Source of the DNA: Takakia lepidozioides
Taxonomy: Eukaryota; Plantae; Bryophyta
Direction: 5' to 3'
Assembly (NCBI GenBank): GCA_030704615.1
Contig: CM060734.1
Coordinates: forward strand, 21,514,001 to 21,578,000
Length of the DNA: 64,000 nt
Below the pieces are notes generated by a model, which did not search any database, had not been told where the DNA came from, and worked only from the letters and a program-made list of their open reading frames with translations. Shown piece by piece: positions 51,396 to 64,000 of the stretch; the first letter of the stretch is position 1, and each line of letters starts with the position of its first letter. The position numbers and the translations under genes are program-made.

Positions 51396-54300
51396 GCCAT
51401 CCCGACCCTCCAAGATCAGGACTTCTGAGGGCAACACCTCTCGAACCCTCATAATAACACACCCTGTAGTGACATCTAGGGTCGTAGAAGCAGTCTGCTA
51501 CAAATAAACATAGTTACCAGGGCTAAACCTCCAAACTCCAGGACGATATCCTCCACCACGTATAGTGGCATACCTCAACGTATCACGGTGCTGTGCAATG
51601 GCAAGGTTCTCAAAAGCCAGGGGCATGACTTTCTTGAACAACTCTGCACGCTGATACATGCACGTACCCACATGTCCGGATCGTCAAGGTTAAGGACTTG
51701 AGCAGTGTCCCTACGAATGGCTGTAGGCAAATCCGGCTCTCGGCCAAAGATGAGGAACTATGGTGAGAATGAGGCAAGTGATGCTTGCTTGCTGAACCTG
51801 TAGCCCATGGCTAACCAAGGTACCTAAAGATCCCAATTTCCTAGGTCTCCCTTCTGCAAGCCATACTTCCGCAAGCCCCTCTTCACCATCTGCACAACTC
51901 TCTCTGCCAAGCCAACGGCCTCAGGATGATCCCGAGAAGTGGTGCGGTAGTCTATTAAGGCTTTATCACACAAAGCCTGAAACTCCCCCAAGAACTCTCT
52001 CCCTTGGTCCGTGAGTACTTCAGCTAGAGCACCGAATCGGCTAAGCACACGATCCAAGAATGCATACGCAGCTCCCTCACTAGCCTTATTAGGCAATGGA
52101 ACCAATTCGATCCACTTGGAGAAGTGCTCCACCATCACCAACACATATTTATGGTGGCGCATTGTCAGTGGCAACGGTCCTGCGAAGTCAAGACTCCATC
52201 TATAGCCCAATCCCATGATCGGAAGAGAATGCAACTGGGGTGTAGGGGCGTTGAATGAAGCACGCACCCTGTCACACACCAAGCACCTAGCCACAAATCG
52301 TTGCATCTCTGTGTGCATACCACGCCACCAATACTGCCCTTGCAGTAGACTATGAGTGTGTCGCACTCCAAACTACCCCAACTCCTCATGGGCATGTCGC
52401 ACTAACCATGCACGCTATGTTGGGTGAGGCACAATCCTCACCCGACCATCCTCCTACACTCGAAGCAGGTGTATCCCCTCCCACTTGAACCTCTTGGCTC
52501 GCTGCAGGATCCGATCTCTTTCCTTGGCAGTTACAGTGGCTACCGTGTCTCTAGTACGGAGGTAGTTCAGCACAGCCGAATCCTCATGTATATCTCTAGC
52601 ACCACCTGGCTCGTCACTAGCCTCAAGGTCCTCAGACACTCCGTCTACAGTCATCCCTGTTGTAGGCCCAATCTGGCCTCCCGCTGCCAAGATACACAAA
52701 AATGCAGATGTGTGCCATCCCGGCACCATCTCCTCGTCCGTCTCACCATGCCACCGAGCTCTAGTGTCATCCTGCTGGCTCATGCATGGATTGCGACTCA
52801 ATCCATCCGCATCCCGATTGGCCAAACCCGATCGATGCACAACCTAAAAGTCATACTCTTGGAGTATGAGTACCCACCGTGCAAGCTTCCCCGTAAGCTT
52901 GTCTGACTCCATCAACCACTTGAGTGGTTGGTGATCCGTGACAATGGTGAAGAGATTGCCGTATAGATAGCACCTGAAGTGTGTCACGACCTACACTGCA
53001 GCTAAGCATTCTCCCTCATATGAGCTATACTTAGCCTTTGCAGCATTGTTCGAGCGGCTAGCATAAGCCACTACAAACTTTCTTCCCTCATCATCCACAT
53101 GTGTGAGCACCGCTCCAAGCCCCAGCATGCTCCAATCCGTATGCAACTAAAAGGGACGCCCCCTGATAGGTTGTCTCAGGATAGATACCGAGATCAACCT
53201 CGCCTTGAGCTCTTGAAAAGCTCGTTCCTGCTCATCTTCCCACTGCCACTTCTGGTCCACCTTGGTCAGTTTGGTTAGAACCTTTGCAATGGCACTAAAT
53301 CCCTTGACAAACCGTCTATAATAGTTTGTCAACCCCATGAAAACTCAAACTCGGCTCACATCCGTGGGCATGGAATTTGTGCAATGGCCTCTACCTTAGT
53401 CTGCTGTACCCCCAATCCTCCAGGATATATCATGTGACCCAGATACTCAATCTGGTTGTGGAAAAACTTGCACTTCTCCGAATGCAGTTTCAATCCGTGC
53501 GCTCTCAAGTGCTCAAATACCACCTGAAGGTATCTCTTATGCTCCTCCACTGTAGCACTAAAGATGATGATGTCATCTATGTAGCACCGAGCAAACTCTA
53601 CCCTTGCTAGAATCTTGTCCATGACTCTCTGGAACTCTGCAGGAGCATTCTTAAGCCCGAATGGCAAGAACCGCCACTGGTATAGGCAATCCTTGCCGTG
53701 CTCATTGATCCCCCAAAATATCGTCTTTTGCTTGTCCGCCTCCTTGATCGGAAATTGGTGATATCCGGATCATAAATCCAAAGTGCTAAAGACCTTAGCA
53801 TGCCCAATGGCATCAAAGATCTCCTCTGGTGTGGGCATGGCATACTTATCGGACTTGGTCTGACGATTTAGAGGCCGGTAATCACCGCACATACGCCTCT
53901 CCGTCCAATTGTCATAGACATCCTTCTTGGCTGGCATCACTATGGCTGAAGCATACTCTCCACCATATAGCTCCACCAAACCAGCCTCCCAGAGGTCTTG
54001 AGTCCTCATCTGAATCAAAGACCTCTCCATGTCACTGTAAGAGACCCATCGGACCCTGATGGATAAGTCACTGTATTGATCTGGGTAGACCCCCAATTGG
54101 TGATATCCGAATTTTCATTTACAGCTCTCTTCTTTGAGCCCTGAGGTTTGGACACATCATTTACTCGGCCTGAGTTGTCCGCTTCCTGGATGCCTAATGG
54201 TCTCGAACTCCTGCGCCTCTTACATTGCCCTCGGCCGGGATTATCCCCAACCTCAAATACCGGTTCCCCTCCTACGCACCGGTGATTCATACTGACAGCA

Positions 54301-57114
54301 CATAAAAATCACAGGAGGAAACGCAGTGGCATAAGGAAATATTGAACCTCGCTTCATGAGTGGAGGTTCCAAAATCCTGATATTCATTCGTTCTCTAACA
54401 AACTGTCTACCACCTTGCAACGAATCAGACATTCACACCCCCTCTCACGGAACTAAGGAATTTCCGTGGGACATTCTTGATTTCACATATTGTGATCATT
54501 TTCTCTGGGGGATCCATCCAATTTTGGTGTCTCTTGGACGACATACAAAGGAACGTCCACTGGACAGGCGAGGTTCATGTGAATGCTTCTCTAGCCCTTG
54601 ACGTAGGTCTACTAATAGCTCCAGATAAAAGGTCTATAGTGGCCTACGAGTAGACGCTACGGTGGATTTTGGGATTACCAAAAATGCGGCAGAAACACAT
54701 TGGGAAAAAACTAGCGCTGGGATAAATGAGAACAGTTCACAGAGGAGAAAAAAACCACTCATAACTCTACCAAACCCTCAACAAAAAAATGCATTTTCCA
54801 CCACCACCATCTGTAAACCCTAACCCTCAGCAAACAAACCACCAAAGACGAACCAACAGCACACAAAAACCACACCCTCACACAAGACACAAAACCACCA
54901 GCACACAAAACCACTACCACCCACAGTTCCACCAGCATAACACACACCAAAAACTGAGAAACACGATGAATAAAAAAGACGACATAATATGAAATGAAAA
55001 ACTCGCAGCAATGAAATGAAATGTAACAGTAGCAAAGCACAGCAAAGAGCAAAGCAAAGCACGGCAAAAAGTTTCGGACACAATACAGAACAGGAAAGCA
55101 AGCAAACATGCAAAATTGAAATGCAATTCATTGGGATGTTGTTCTATACCAACAGCTGTTCTATACATGAGAGAAAAAAAAAACCACAGCCACAGCAAAG
55201 ACTCTTCCACAGTGAAAACTGCCAGACAGAAAACAAATCCAATTGTACATACAACTGCTCGTGTTCTTCTGTAGGAGTACTGAAGCCCTCCTGCAGGTAG
55301 CCTGCCAAGCAATTATGGTCCTCATTCTCGAGGAATTCTGTAACCGTAAACGAAATGGACAGTAGGGTTCTCTCTAAATGTCCAAATCCATGTCAAAACA
55401 AGAGGAAAAGAATTAGTTTTGTGAACTTTACCTGCTGGTTTCAGCCATTTCGGTCAGCCCACCACCAAAACTCTCTCCTTTCGTGTCTGCTCAAGAGACT
55501 CCGTGTGCTCCTCTCCTCTCTGCTCCGCTCTCCGCTGCTCTTCACTACACTGCGCTCCACTGTCCACTCTCACCTCTCAAAAGTCTCTCTTTTAACGCTC
55601 TCCTCTCTCTGTTCGCATTTGCACAGCGCTTCCGCGTACAGAAGAGACTGGCGAAAGAATGGAATGAGCGCGCGCGAGGCTTATATGCCGTTGTGCCGAA
55701 AATCTGAACCGTCGGCGTCGATTGAAATCGAATGGCCGCGACGGCGAACGGCGCCTGAAATGGATGTCGTGCAACATCCATCCGCTCATCCATGCATAAA
55801 AATGTAATAATCATCCAGTTCAGATTCTGTCCATCCCTCTGGGATGAGGACAACTGACAAATGAACAGACGAATGAAAAGACTGACGTTAACGAGAAAGG
55901 ATGTAATGATTGTGTACTAGATATCCGCCTGCCATGATAACTCCGTGACGGCAGTTTCCAGACTGTACATCCCTCACGCTCACGTTAACGGCGCTCGACG
56001 TTAGGGCCACACTAATAAAAGAGGCGGTTATAAATGGTACCACACCTCGATCCAGGAGAACCGTGTTGGCCCAAATCTACTAATACAGTACCAGTATTTC
56101 GAAATAGATTCTGAGTTATAATGTTTAATTGGAATGAAAAATTGTAGATTTCGTTACGACAGTGGGCCGCCTTGCATAACTACTCCCTCACGCCCCTGGT
56201 ACGAGTTGACATCTTTCACGCTGGCTGCAATGTCTAGAGCCTGTCAGAGCCGCACGATTTTTATGGAGCGGCTATCAACGGCACCAGACCTCGATCCACG
56301 AGAACATTCTTCAATTTCCCAATGTGTAAGTTTCGACAAGTACGAAAACTTTCATGGAGATTTCGGCCGTTATCCTTTTGGCGTCATCATTGGGAGATAG
56401 GGTGCTCTCAATATATGACACTCTTTGCACACATCACTCACCGACGCCACAAAATCCGTAAGAACCGTCCGATTCCCACGATAGGTGGCCTTATCGATCC
56501 GGGAGACAATGAATCAGAACTTCCCATTGGACAGATTCCGAACCAAGCTTAGAGTACATCTCTATATAAGGTCCCACTGCACACACTACCCGCTTCTCCC
56601 ACCAGGCCTCTCATTTGCATCTTCTTCTTCCGCGCACAACTCTGGCAATCGTGCACCTTTGTGCCCATCGTCCAGTTCTCTTGCAGTCTCTACACCTCAC
56701 CGTGTTTTCCAAAGTGTCCCCTGTGAACTTCTTAGTTCCGACGGAGGATATTTCGATAATATTTTTATTTAGACATTGTTTTTTATTTTTTTATTTCTCC
56801 TTTAAATGTAGTCCATTTAGAACACATACTCTTAAAGCTTGTCTCCATATCTCCTCTATTACCTCCAATGGGCAGTCGCGACATTGTTTGTCATTCATCC
56901 AAAAGTACCAGTGAGGTGTTTTCATCCCCGGTTATCAGCGTCACGTCCGTCCGTCAGCGTCAGGTCACGTCAGACCTGACGCTGACCGGACCTCTGTCAC
57001 GTCAGGTTCGGAGAATATTCTGGTAAAAATAGTACCAGGTAAAATACTGCCACTTAAGCAGCCACGTCGCCGACACGGTGGCGGTGGCAAATACATTTTG
57101 AAAATTAACAAATG

Positions 57115-58080
57115 AACGCGACCGCCAATTATGGCGGTCCCTTTGTTTTCGAAATTAAAAAAGAAATAGCGACCGCCATAATTGGTGGTCGCTTCAATTT
57201 ATTTTAAAAAAAAAATAAGATTGGCGGTCGCACTGGCGGTCGCTTTATTTTCGAATTAAAAAAAGAAATAGCGATCGCTATCCTGGCAGTCGCTTCAATT
57301 AATTATTTTTTTAAAAACAAGATTGACGGTCGCCTAATTTAAAAAAGAAAACAAGCGACTGCCGTATTAGCGGTCGCACAATTTTGTAAATATGTACAAA
57401 ACAAGCGACCGCCACATGGCGGTCGGATAATTTCAAAAATATATTAAAAAAAAACAACGACCGCCATTGGGCAGTCGCTTAATTTAAGAAAAATATAGAA
57501 AAATAAACGACCGCCATATGGCGGTCGGTAAATTTAGAATTATATAAATAAAACAAGCGACATATGAAAATAAAAGCGACCGCCACACCGGTGGTCGCTT
57601 GTTTTAAAACAGTACAATATTTGCGACCACCAAACTGGCGGTCGCGTCAATTTTAAAATATATATTAAGTTTAAGCGACCGCCAGCCTGGAGGTCGCTTA
57701 AACTTGAAAATATAAAGATTAAAAGCGACCGCCTTACTGGCGGTCGTGGTTTTTAAAAAATATTAAAAATAAAAGCGACCACCATATTGGCGGTCGTTTT
57801 ATTTTAAATATATTAACAAATGAAGCGACCACCATATTGGCGGTCGCTTTATTTTATTAACAAATGAAGCGACCGCCATACCGGCAGTCGCATTATATTT
57901 TGAAATAAAAAACAATAGCGACCGCCATACGGGCGGTTGCTTAAATTTAAAAATATACAAAATAGAAGTGACCGCAATACTACACAAAATGAAAGGAAAT
58001 AAAAGTGACCGCAGTAGTGGCGGTCACTTGTTTTTCATAAAAAATAGAAATAACGACCGTAGTATTAGCGGTCGCTTAAT
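57115..58080. repeat. Array of ~20 GCGACCGCCA-N-TGGCGGTCGC hairpins, ~50-bp period, A-rich spacers
   Basis: Directly visible. Confidence 0.95.
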
Positions 58081-58482
58081 TTCAAAATTATAACAAATAT
58101 GGTTGTACAGCCTTTTTCGAGTGGGCGTTATTGGTTCGTCATTTATTCATTTCACTTACATTTCACTTTCATCTTTCTTGGATCATATATAAGGGAGGAG
58201 GGTCACCAAGCTCCTCACTTCTTTTGGCGCAAACACTTGAGGTTGCTTTGGATGTTCTCTTCCATTGAACGAGAGTGTAGCCCAAGAGGAGGGTGCGCAC
58301 CTTTTGTCGTTGTGGCTTCCACCAAAGCCACTTCAGCAGATTGTGTATAAGCTCAACATTATAACCCACATCAACCCACTTGGGTTGCTGACAAGTGTAG
58401 AAGTGTTGGGCTATCGCATTGCACTCTACATTCACAACACCTTCATTTATAGGTGACTGTTTTTTGTTGCTTACATCGCTAG

Positions 58483-61015
58483 GTCCCAGGGGAGTGGATA
58501 TTGGGTGAAGATGAGGGAAGAATGGAGCCCTTGGTATACGGCAATCCCGAACATTGTCAGTGCCACTGGTAGTGTTGAGTACAACCTATGTGGATTAAAG
58601 CTTTCTTATCGTAAGGATCGGTTGCTCGCTCACCTCGGCTATAAGGTGTGAAGAGCACTAGGGTGGGTTTATGCCATAAAGCACTTATGTGGGTAAAAAG
58701 TCACTTTGCCCAGTATGGAGGCAATATTCTAATGTCTTTGGATCTGGACATGACCTCTGAGCAGAACACTTCATCTTCCCGTCAGGATGCCCCGATTAGT
58801 ACCCAGGGCGATTCTTGTGAGGCTTCGGGTATCCTTGGACAAGTAGGTTGTGCCGGAGCAATACCTACTTCAACACCTTTTTGTACCCATACACTTCAAT
58901 GGAGTAGAGGATTACGGCAGCAATCCATGCAGGAAGGTCTTAACTTGTCTGCGAAAAGACAATTGGATAAAAAATGGATGCAGTTTTTCTTCGAGGCCAA
59001 CATACCATTTAATAAGGCAAGGCTTCCGGCATTTGTTTCTGCCGTTAGAGCAACCTTGGAGTCCAGATCCACGTACGTGCCTCCGACTTATCACAATCTC
59101 TGCACAGGATTGCTAGAAGATGCCATGACCGAGCTTACACAAAAGGTCAACGATAGGACGAGCGAGTGCATCAGAAAATATGGAAGCACTATATGTGCCG
59201 ATGGTTGGAGTTCTGTTACAAACAGACCGTTGTTCAATGTCATGCTCGTATGTCCAGCTGGAGAATTCTTGGGATCGGTCGACACTAGTGGCAAGAAGAA
59301 AGATGGACGTTATCAATGCCAACTATTGACGGACTTCATCGAACAGATCGGAAGTGATAGAATCGTGCAAATATGCACAGACAATGCCACTAACATGAGA
59401 AACACTGCAGACATGTTGTTGGCACGTTATACCCATATGTACTATTAAGGTTGTGCTGCTCATATCCTTGACCTCATTTTGAAAGATTGGGGAAAAGAAC
59501 AGTGGGTGAAACAACTTGTCAAGCGAACGAAGACTGTTGTGTCATTCATCCGCACACACCACATCTCTTTGGCAATATATAGAAGGCACGAACCCAAATA
59601 CAACCTCCGTAATCTAGGCGAAACTCGTTTTGCCACTAACTTCTTGATGGTGGATCGGTTGGTGACGGTGAAGAGCAGTCTGGAGCACACCATCATCGAT
59701 CCTCAATGGGATGCGTACACATGGACATTGCGGGACTCCATAAAAGCCAAGTCATTGGGCAAAAGTCGAAAAGTTCGAAATAGCATTCGCAGCGATGATT
59801 TCTGGAAGAAATGTAAAAACTTTCTTTATATGGTAGAGCCGGTGTTAATCGTCTTGCAGGAGTTTGATGGAAAGCAACCAGTAATGGGCAAGGCATGGTT
59901 ACTAATGCAAAATCTTGAGAAGCACGTCCAATCCTTGAGGCATCCTCCCTTCTCCTTGGAACCTGAACTTGCGGACAGTGCTGAGGATGCATTTTACGAC
60001 CGTCGTTCGATGGTTCGAACGGACTTGCATTATGCGGGGGCTTTGCTCAATCCATTCTTGCTCGACCATGCTCCGAGACGACGCTGATGCCAAGGTCGGC
60101 CTCGTGCGAGTGCTCGTACAACTGGCTTCGCCGAACCATGCAGAGAGAGCTATATCTGAGTACCAATGCTTCTCAAATCGCCGCAACCCTTTTGAGGACA
60201 TGTCGGATCCAAAAGAGCTCAATATGTTGTCACATGAATGGTGGGATCTGATTGGAGCTGGAGCAAGAACATTGGCTCCCATTGCAAAGCGTATTCTTGC
60301 TCAAGTGTGCTCTGCCTCATCTTGCGAATGCAATTGGAGTAGTTACTCATTTCTTCACAACAAGGTTTGCAACAGGTTGAATCTCGCGAGGGCTGACAAA
60401 TTGATGTATGTGTATATCAATTGTCGACTGCTACGTGAAAGGGCAACGGATGATGCTGCAACAGGGTATGAGAGGAATTTGCATTCGAAAGCTGAGGTTG
60501 ATTCGATGAGTGACGATACTGAGTCTCTGAGAGAATCATCTCAGAGGGAATCATCTGCCTCCGATAGTGAAGATGGATCCGATGATGCTCCCGAAAATGC
60601 GTATGACCTGTTTACATTCATAGAGGAGGATGCTTATATCCAGCCGACCTTTGATGACCTTCTTGAAGAAGTGCGTATCGCAGATAAAGGTGAAGCTGCA
60701 ATTATGTCATCCCCAGAACATGGTCCTCAAAATGAAGTTGGGGTCGACCCTCGCCCCCCACTACACGCTGAAGCCACCGGTAGTGCCCCAATGAAGCTTA
60801 GGGGTGATGAATTTCCAGGACCGAGCGATGCGTGCGTGTGGAAAACAGATCAACCTTGTTGCTCCTTAATGTCCGTTGTGTTGATGGGGAGCTGGATCGG
60901 TTTTGGCATTGTGGTGAAGCTGGTCGTATCGGTGAGGCATGATCTCGTCTCGTCGACTGTACAATGGGTTCGACACTATCGTTTGTATGAACAAAGTTAC
61001 CGGAGTGGGAGTTGA
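58483..61015 (+). pseudogene. hAT transposase (DUF659-type, with dimerisation domain)
   Basis: FFFEANIPF, CADGWS, ICTDNA, CAAHILDL, TRFATNF, WW..LAPIAKRILAQVCSASSCECNWS; one stop and one frameshift; TATATAAG at ~58186. Confidence 0.93.
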
Positions 61016-61484
61016 CCTCAGAGAGAACTAAATGTGGTTCGAGGTCGCTTGCAGATTCAAAGACCTGGACATATGAGGTCGGATAAGGAGGACGATTTCA
61101 GCACTGATCATGGCAATGGTGGTGAAGTCGAGGCTGACCCGGATTTTCAACCCATCGGAGCATTAGAATTATGATCTTCTTCGTCCCGCCGTCGAAGTAG
61201 TAAAAGGAACTGAAGCAAAACAGCTGTAGGCATGCATCAGCACATTTTAGTGGACATGTTTATATTTCTGTAGTGAAGAAATACCAGTGTGATCATTGTC
61301 ACTATGAGTATTTGTATTGCTGTTGTGCATGTATTGGAAAATAAAAGATGTTGCCCATGTGTATACCAGCCAAAATGTTGGCCAAATGCACCGTCACTTG
61401 CTCATGTTTGTGTTCGATGACTTGCTTGTGGAATGGAGAACAATTGTGTCATGCTTCCAACTTTGCATTCATTTTTATTTTAAT

Positions 61485-62810
61485 GCAGCGACCGGCATCA
61501 CTGGCGGTCGCATTTGTTTCTTATTCTTTGTAAATACAATGAACTTGATGTAATAGCGATCGTCTTTTGTTTCTTCGTAAAATTACTAGTGGTCGTTTTA
61601 ATTTCTATTTTTTCTGAAAATCCAGCAACCGCCAATAGTGGCGGTCAGTTGTTTTTAAAATTTTGGAAAATGGATCGACCGCCATATTTTGCAGTCGTTT
61701 TTTTGGGATTTTTAAATGGAGTGACCGCCAAGGTGGTGGTCGCTTCTACGAAGTGTGCCCTGCGCATGGAGTGAGGAGTGAGGCAGGGGGAGGGGGGCAT
61801 ATAAGCTCGGACTCAAAAATGCAGTGACCGCCATTACTTGCGGTCGCTTTTATTTTATTTTATTTTTTAAATGGAGCGACCGCAAAGGTGGCGGTCGCTT
61901 CTATGAGGTATGTCCTACGCATGGAGCGAGGAATGAAAGGGGGGGGGATATACATGGCGATCGCATTTATTTTATTTATTTAGGAAATAAAGCGACCGCC
62001 ATTACTGGCGGTCGCTTTTATTTTAATTATTTTGGAAATGAAGCGACCACCATTATTGGCGGTTGCTTTTATTTTAATTATTTTGGAAATGAAGCGACCG
62101 CCGTTACTGGCGGTCGTTTTTTTGTTTTTTGGAGGAAAAAATCGAGCGACCGCCATTAGGCGGTCGCCACTATTGTTGTTTTTTGTAATTGCAGCGACGC
62201 TTTTATTTAAATTTGGTTGGAAATGGAACGACCGCCATTTGTGGCGGTCACTTTTATTTTAATTGTTTTGAAAATAAAAATGAAACGACCGCCAGTAACG
62301 GTCGTTTTTATTTTTTATTTTTTGAAAATTACGGGCGGCCGCCGCAATTGTTTTTTTTTTGTAAATCCAGCGACTGCCATTACTGGCGGTCGCTTTTATT
62401 AAAATTTTGTTGGAAATGGAGCGACCGCCATGACTGGCGGACGCTTTTATTTTAATTGTTTTGAAAATCAAGCGACCGCCATTACTGGCGGTCGCTTTTA
62501 TTTTAATTTTTTTTAAATGAAGCGACTGCCATTACTAGTGGTCGCTTCAATTCTTAATGTCTCCGTAAATGTAGCGACCGCCTATGTTGGCGGTCGCTTA
62601 TTTATTTTATTTTCGGAAAATGGAACGACCGCCAATTTTGGCGGTCGTTTTTTTTTTTTTTTTTTTTTTTTTTTCTTGGAAAATGGAGCGACCGCCAATT
62701 CTGGCGGTCGCAATTTTTTTATTTATCCTGAAAATGGAGCGGTCGCTTCTAGAAGATTCGCCCTGCAGGTGGCCCGAGGAATGAGGGGGGGGGGGGGGAT
62801 TATAAGCCAA
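61485..62810. repeat. Array of ~24 of the same hairpins, T-rich spacers
   Basis: Directly visible; mirror composition of the left array. Confidence 0.95.
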
Positions 62811-64000
62811 GGGAGGCTCATTCTCCCCTCACTTCCTTTCCACACAACTTCTGTGTGCATGACATTTCATTATTCCACGACACGTAGTCACGTGGAGAAA
62901 GAGGCCATTGGTTGGGTGGGGGGTATTTTTTGCCGCGATTTCTGTGAGGTCGTTGCAGAATGCTCCCATAGGCCCTCTTCTGGCTTCCAAGATCATTTTA
63001 TTCTACAAAATTAGCTTTTAGGAACTATTTTGACACCTACTCAAACTAGTTTAGGATGAAGGGTTTAGAGTTACGTCTTATTAGTAAACCTCGTTTAGTG
63101 TTGCTCCGATTGTTGCAGAATAGCAGAGGGCCAGGACGATGACCGTCATGGAAGAGATGACCCCAATGAATATGGACCGCCCCTAAGAAAATCAAAGGAT
63201 CAAGGCAAGAATTGGGAAGTATATGGTGATCCTAGCATACTAGCAGAAGAGGGCTGGGAGGATGTTCCGGAAGAGTTCAGGTGATCGATGGCGAGATGCA
63301 AAAAAATTCGTGAAATGGTACCACATCAATCAATTGTGGCCTTTGGATAGGCATGACGTGCAAACCCGAAACAATTACGCAGAGTCCAGGTCTTGCACGA
63401 ACTTGCATTTCTAGCATGGACGAATGAGGTGCATTGCACATTGTGGGGTCAACCTCTCTTAAAGGGCCAAATCCCGTACACCTTGGCAGCCATGTTATAC
63501 GTGGAGGTCATACTCTTGCGTCTAGTGAATTGACAAACTACTAGTAGGAGGAACGCAAGGTTGCTATACGATTTGGAGTACATCCCGGACACGTTCGGAA
63601 TACAACCGAACTGCAACGTTAGAAGAACAACTGGCGAAAAGAGACCACCGAATCAGGACCCTGCAGGACCGACTAGACTGGCAAACACTGCGCATAGCCG
63701 AGTTGGCAGCTAGATTGTAAGACATGCTTTCAAACAATGAAGGCACTGTTGTCCACAATGAGGATCAAACAAACGTCGTGGACATGGACGCGGAATTTGC
63801 GATGCCCGATCGCAGTATTGACCTCATCATTCACAAAATTACGGACGTCCTTGACCCTGTGGCCGATAAAACCATGGTTGAGGAACAACGAATTGCGGAT
63901 GAAAGAAGGAGGAAAGGAAAAGAACCAGTACTGGAAACCGGGGAATGCTCGAGGGTCACCATTCAATCCGAGATGAACCGGATATTAGATGTCGACCGCG

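Larger units (their letters stand above)
50322..54038 (-). mobile_element. Second, 5'-truncated and decayed copy of the DNMT-Gypsy family (RT, RH, IN, PHD, 3' LTR)
   Basis: Collinear with ~32975-36217; identical PPT; multiple stops; breaks off before the DNMT region. Confidence 0.93.

Noticed and set aside
54759-55312. Hydrophobic Cys/Phe/Val-rich ORFs
   Set aside because: By-product of low-complexity A/C-rich sequence.
57115-62810. CRISPR array
   Set aside because: Eukaryotic context, degenerate repeats, low-complexity AT spacers, no cas genes, and the arrays flank a transposase.

Overview
This is eukaryotic nuclear DNA from a land plant, probably a bryophyte or other non-seed plant (inferred from the gene and TE families). 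A small host-gene island holds SCO2/CYO1 head-to-head with a damaged-looking 14-3-3 gene (39.6-44 kb); the rest is nested transposons, with an assembly gap at 28452-28951. Three unrelated TE families carry DNA-modifying cargo. (1) A Ty3/Gypsy element encodes a C5-cytosine DNA methyltransferase (non-permuted motifs I-X) between protease and RT and a PHD finger after integrase; a truncated sister copy lies at 50.3-54.0 kb. (2) Two diverged, tail-to-tail elements with CAGGG termini carry an intron-containing gene whose C-terminus is a beta-class N6-adenine/N4-cytosine methyltransferase-like domain. (3) A Gypsy element has a dUTPase-like domain and an extra upstream ORF, and its Gag zinc knuckle is split by a young chromovirus. 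Also present are two hAT transposase relics, nested hAT MITEs, a LINE fragment, a tRNA-derived SINE and four families of short hairpin arrays. All calls are by-eye motif recognition; no database searches were run.
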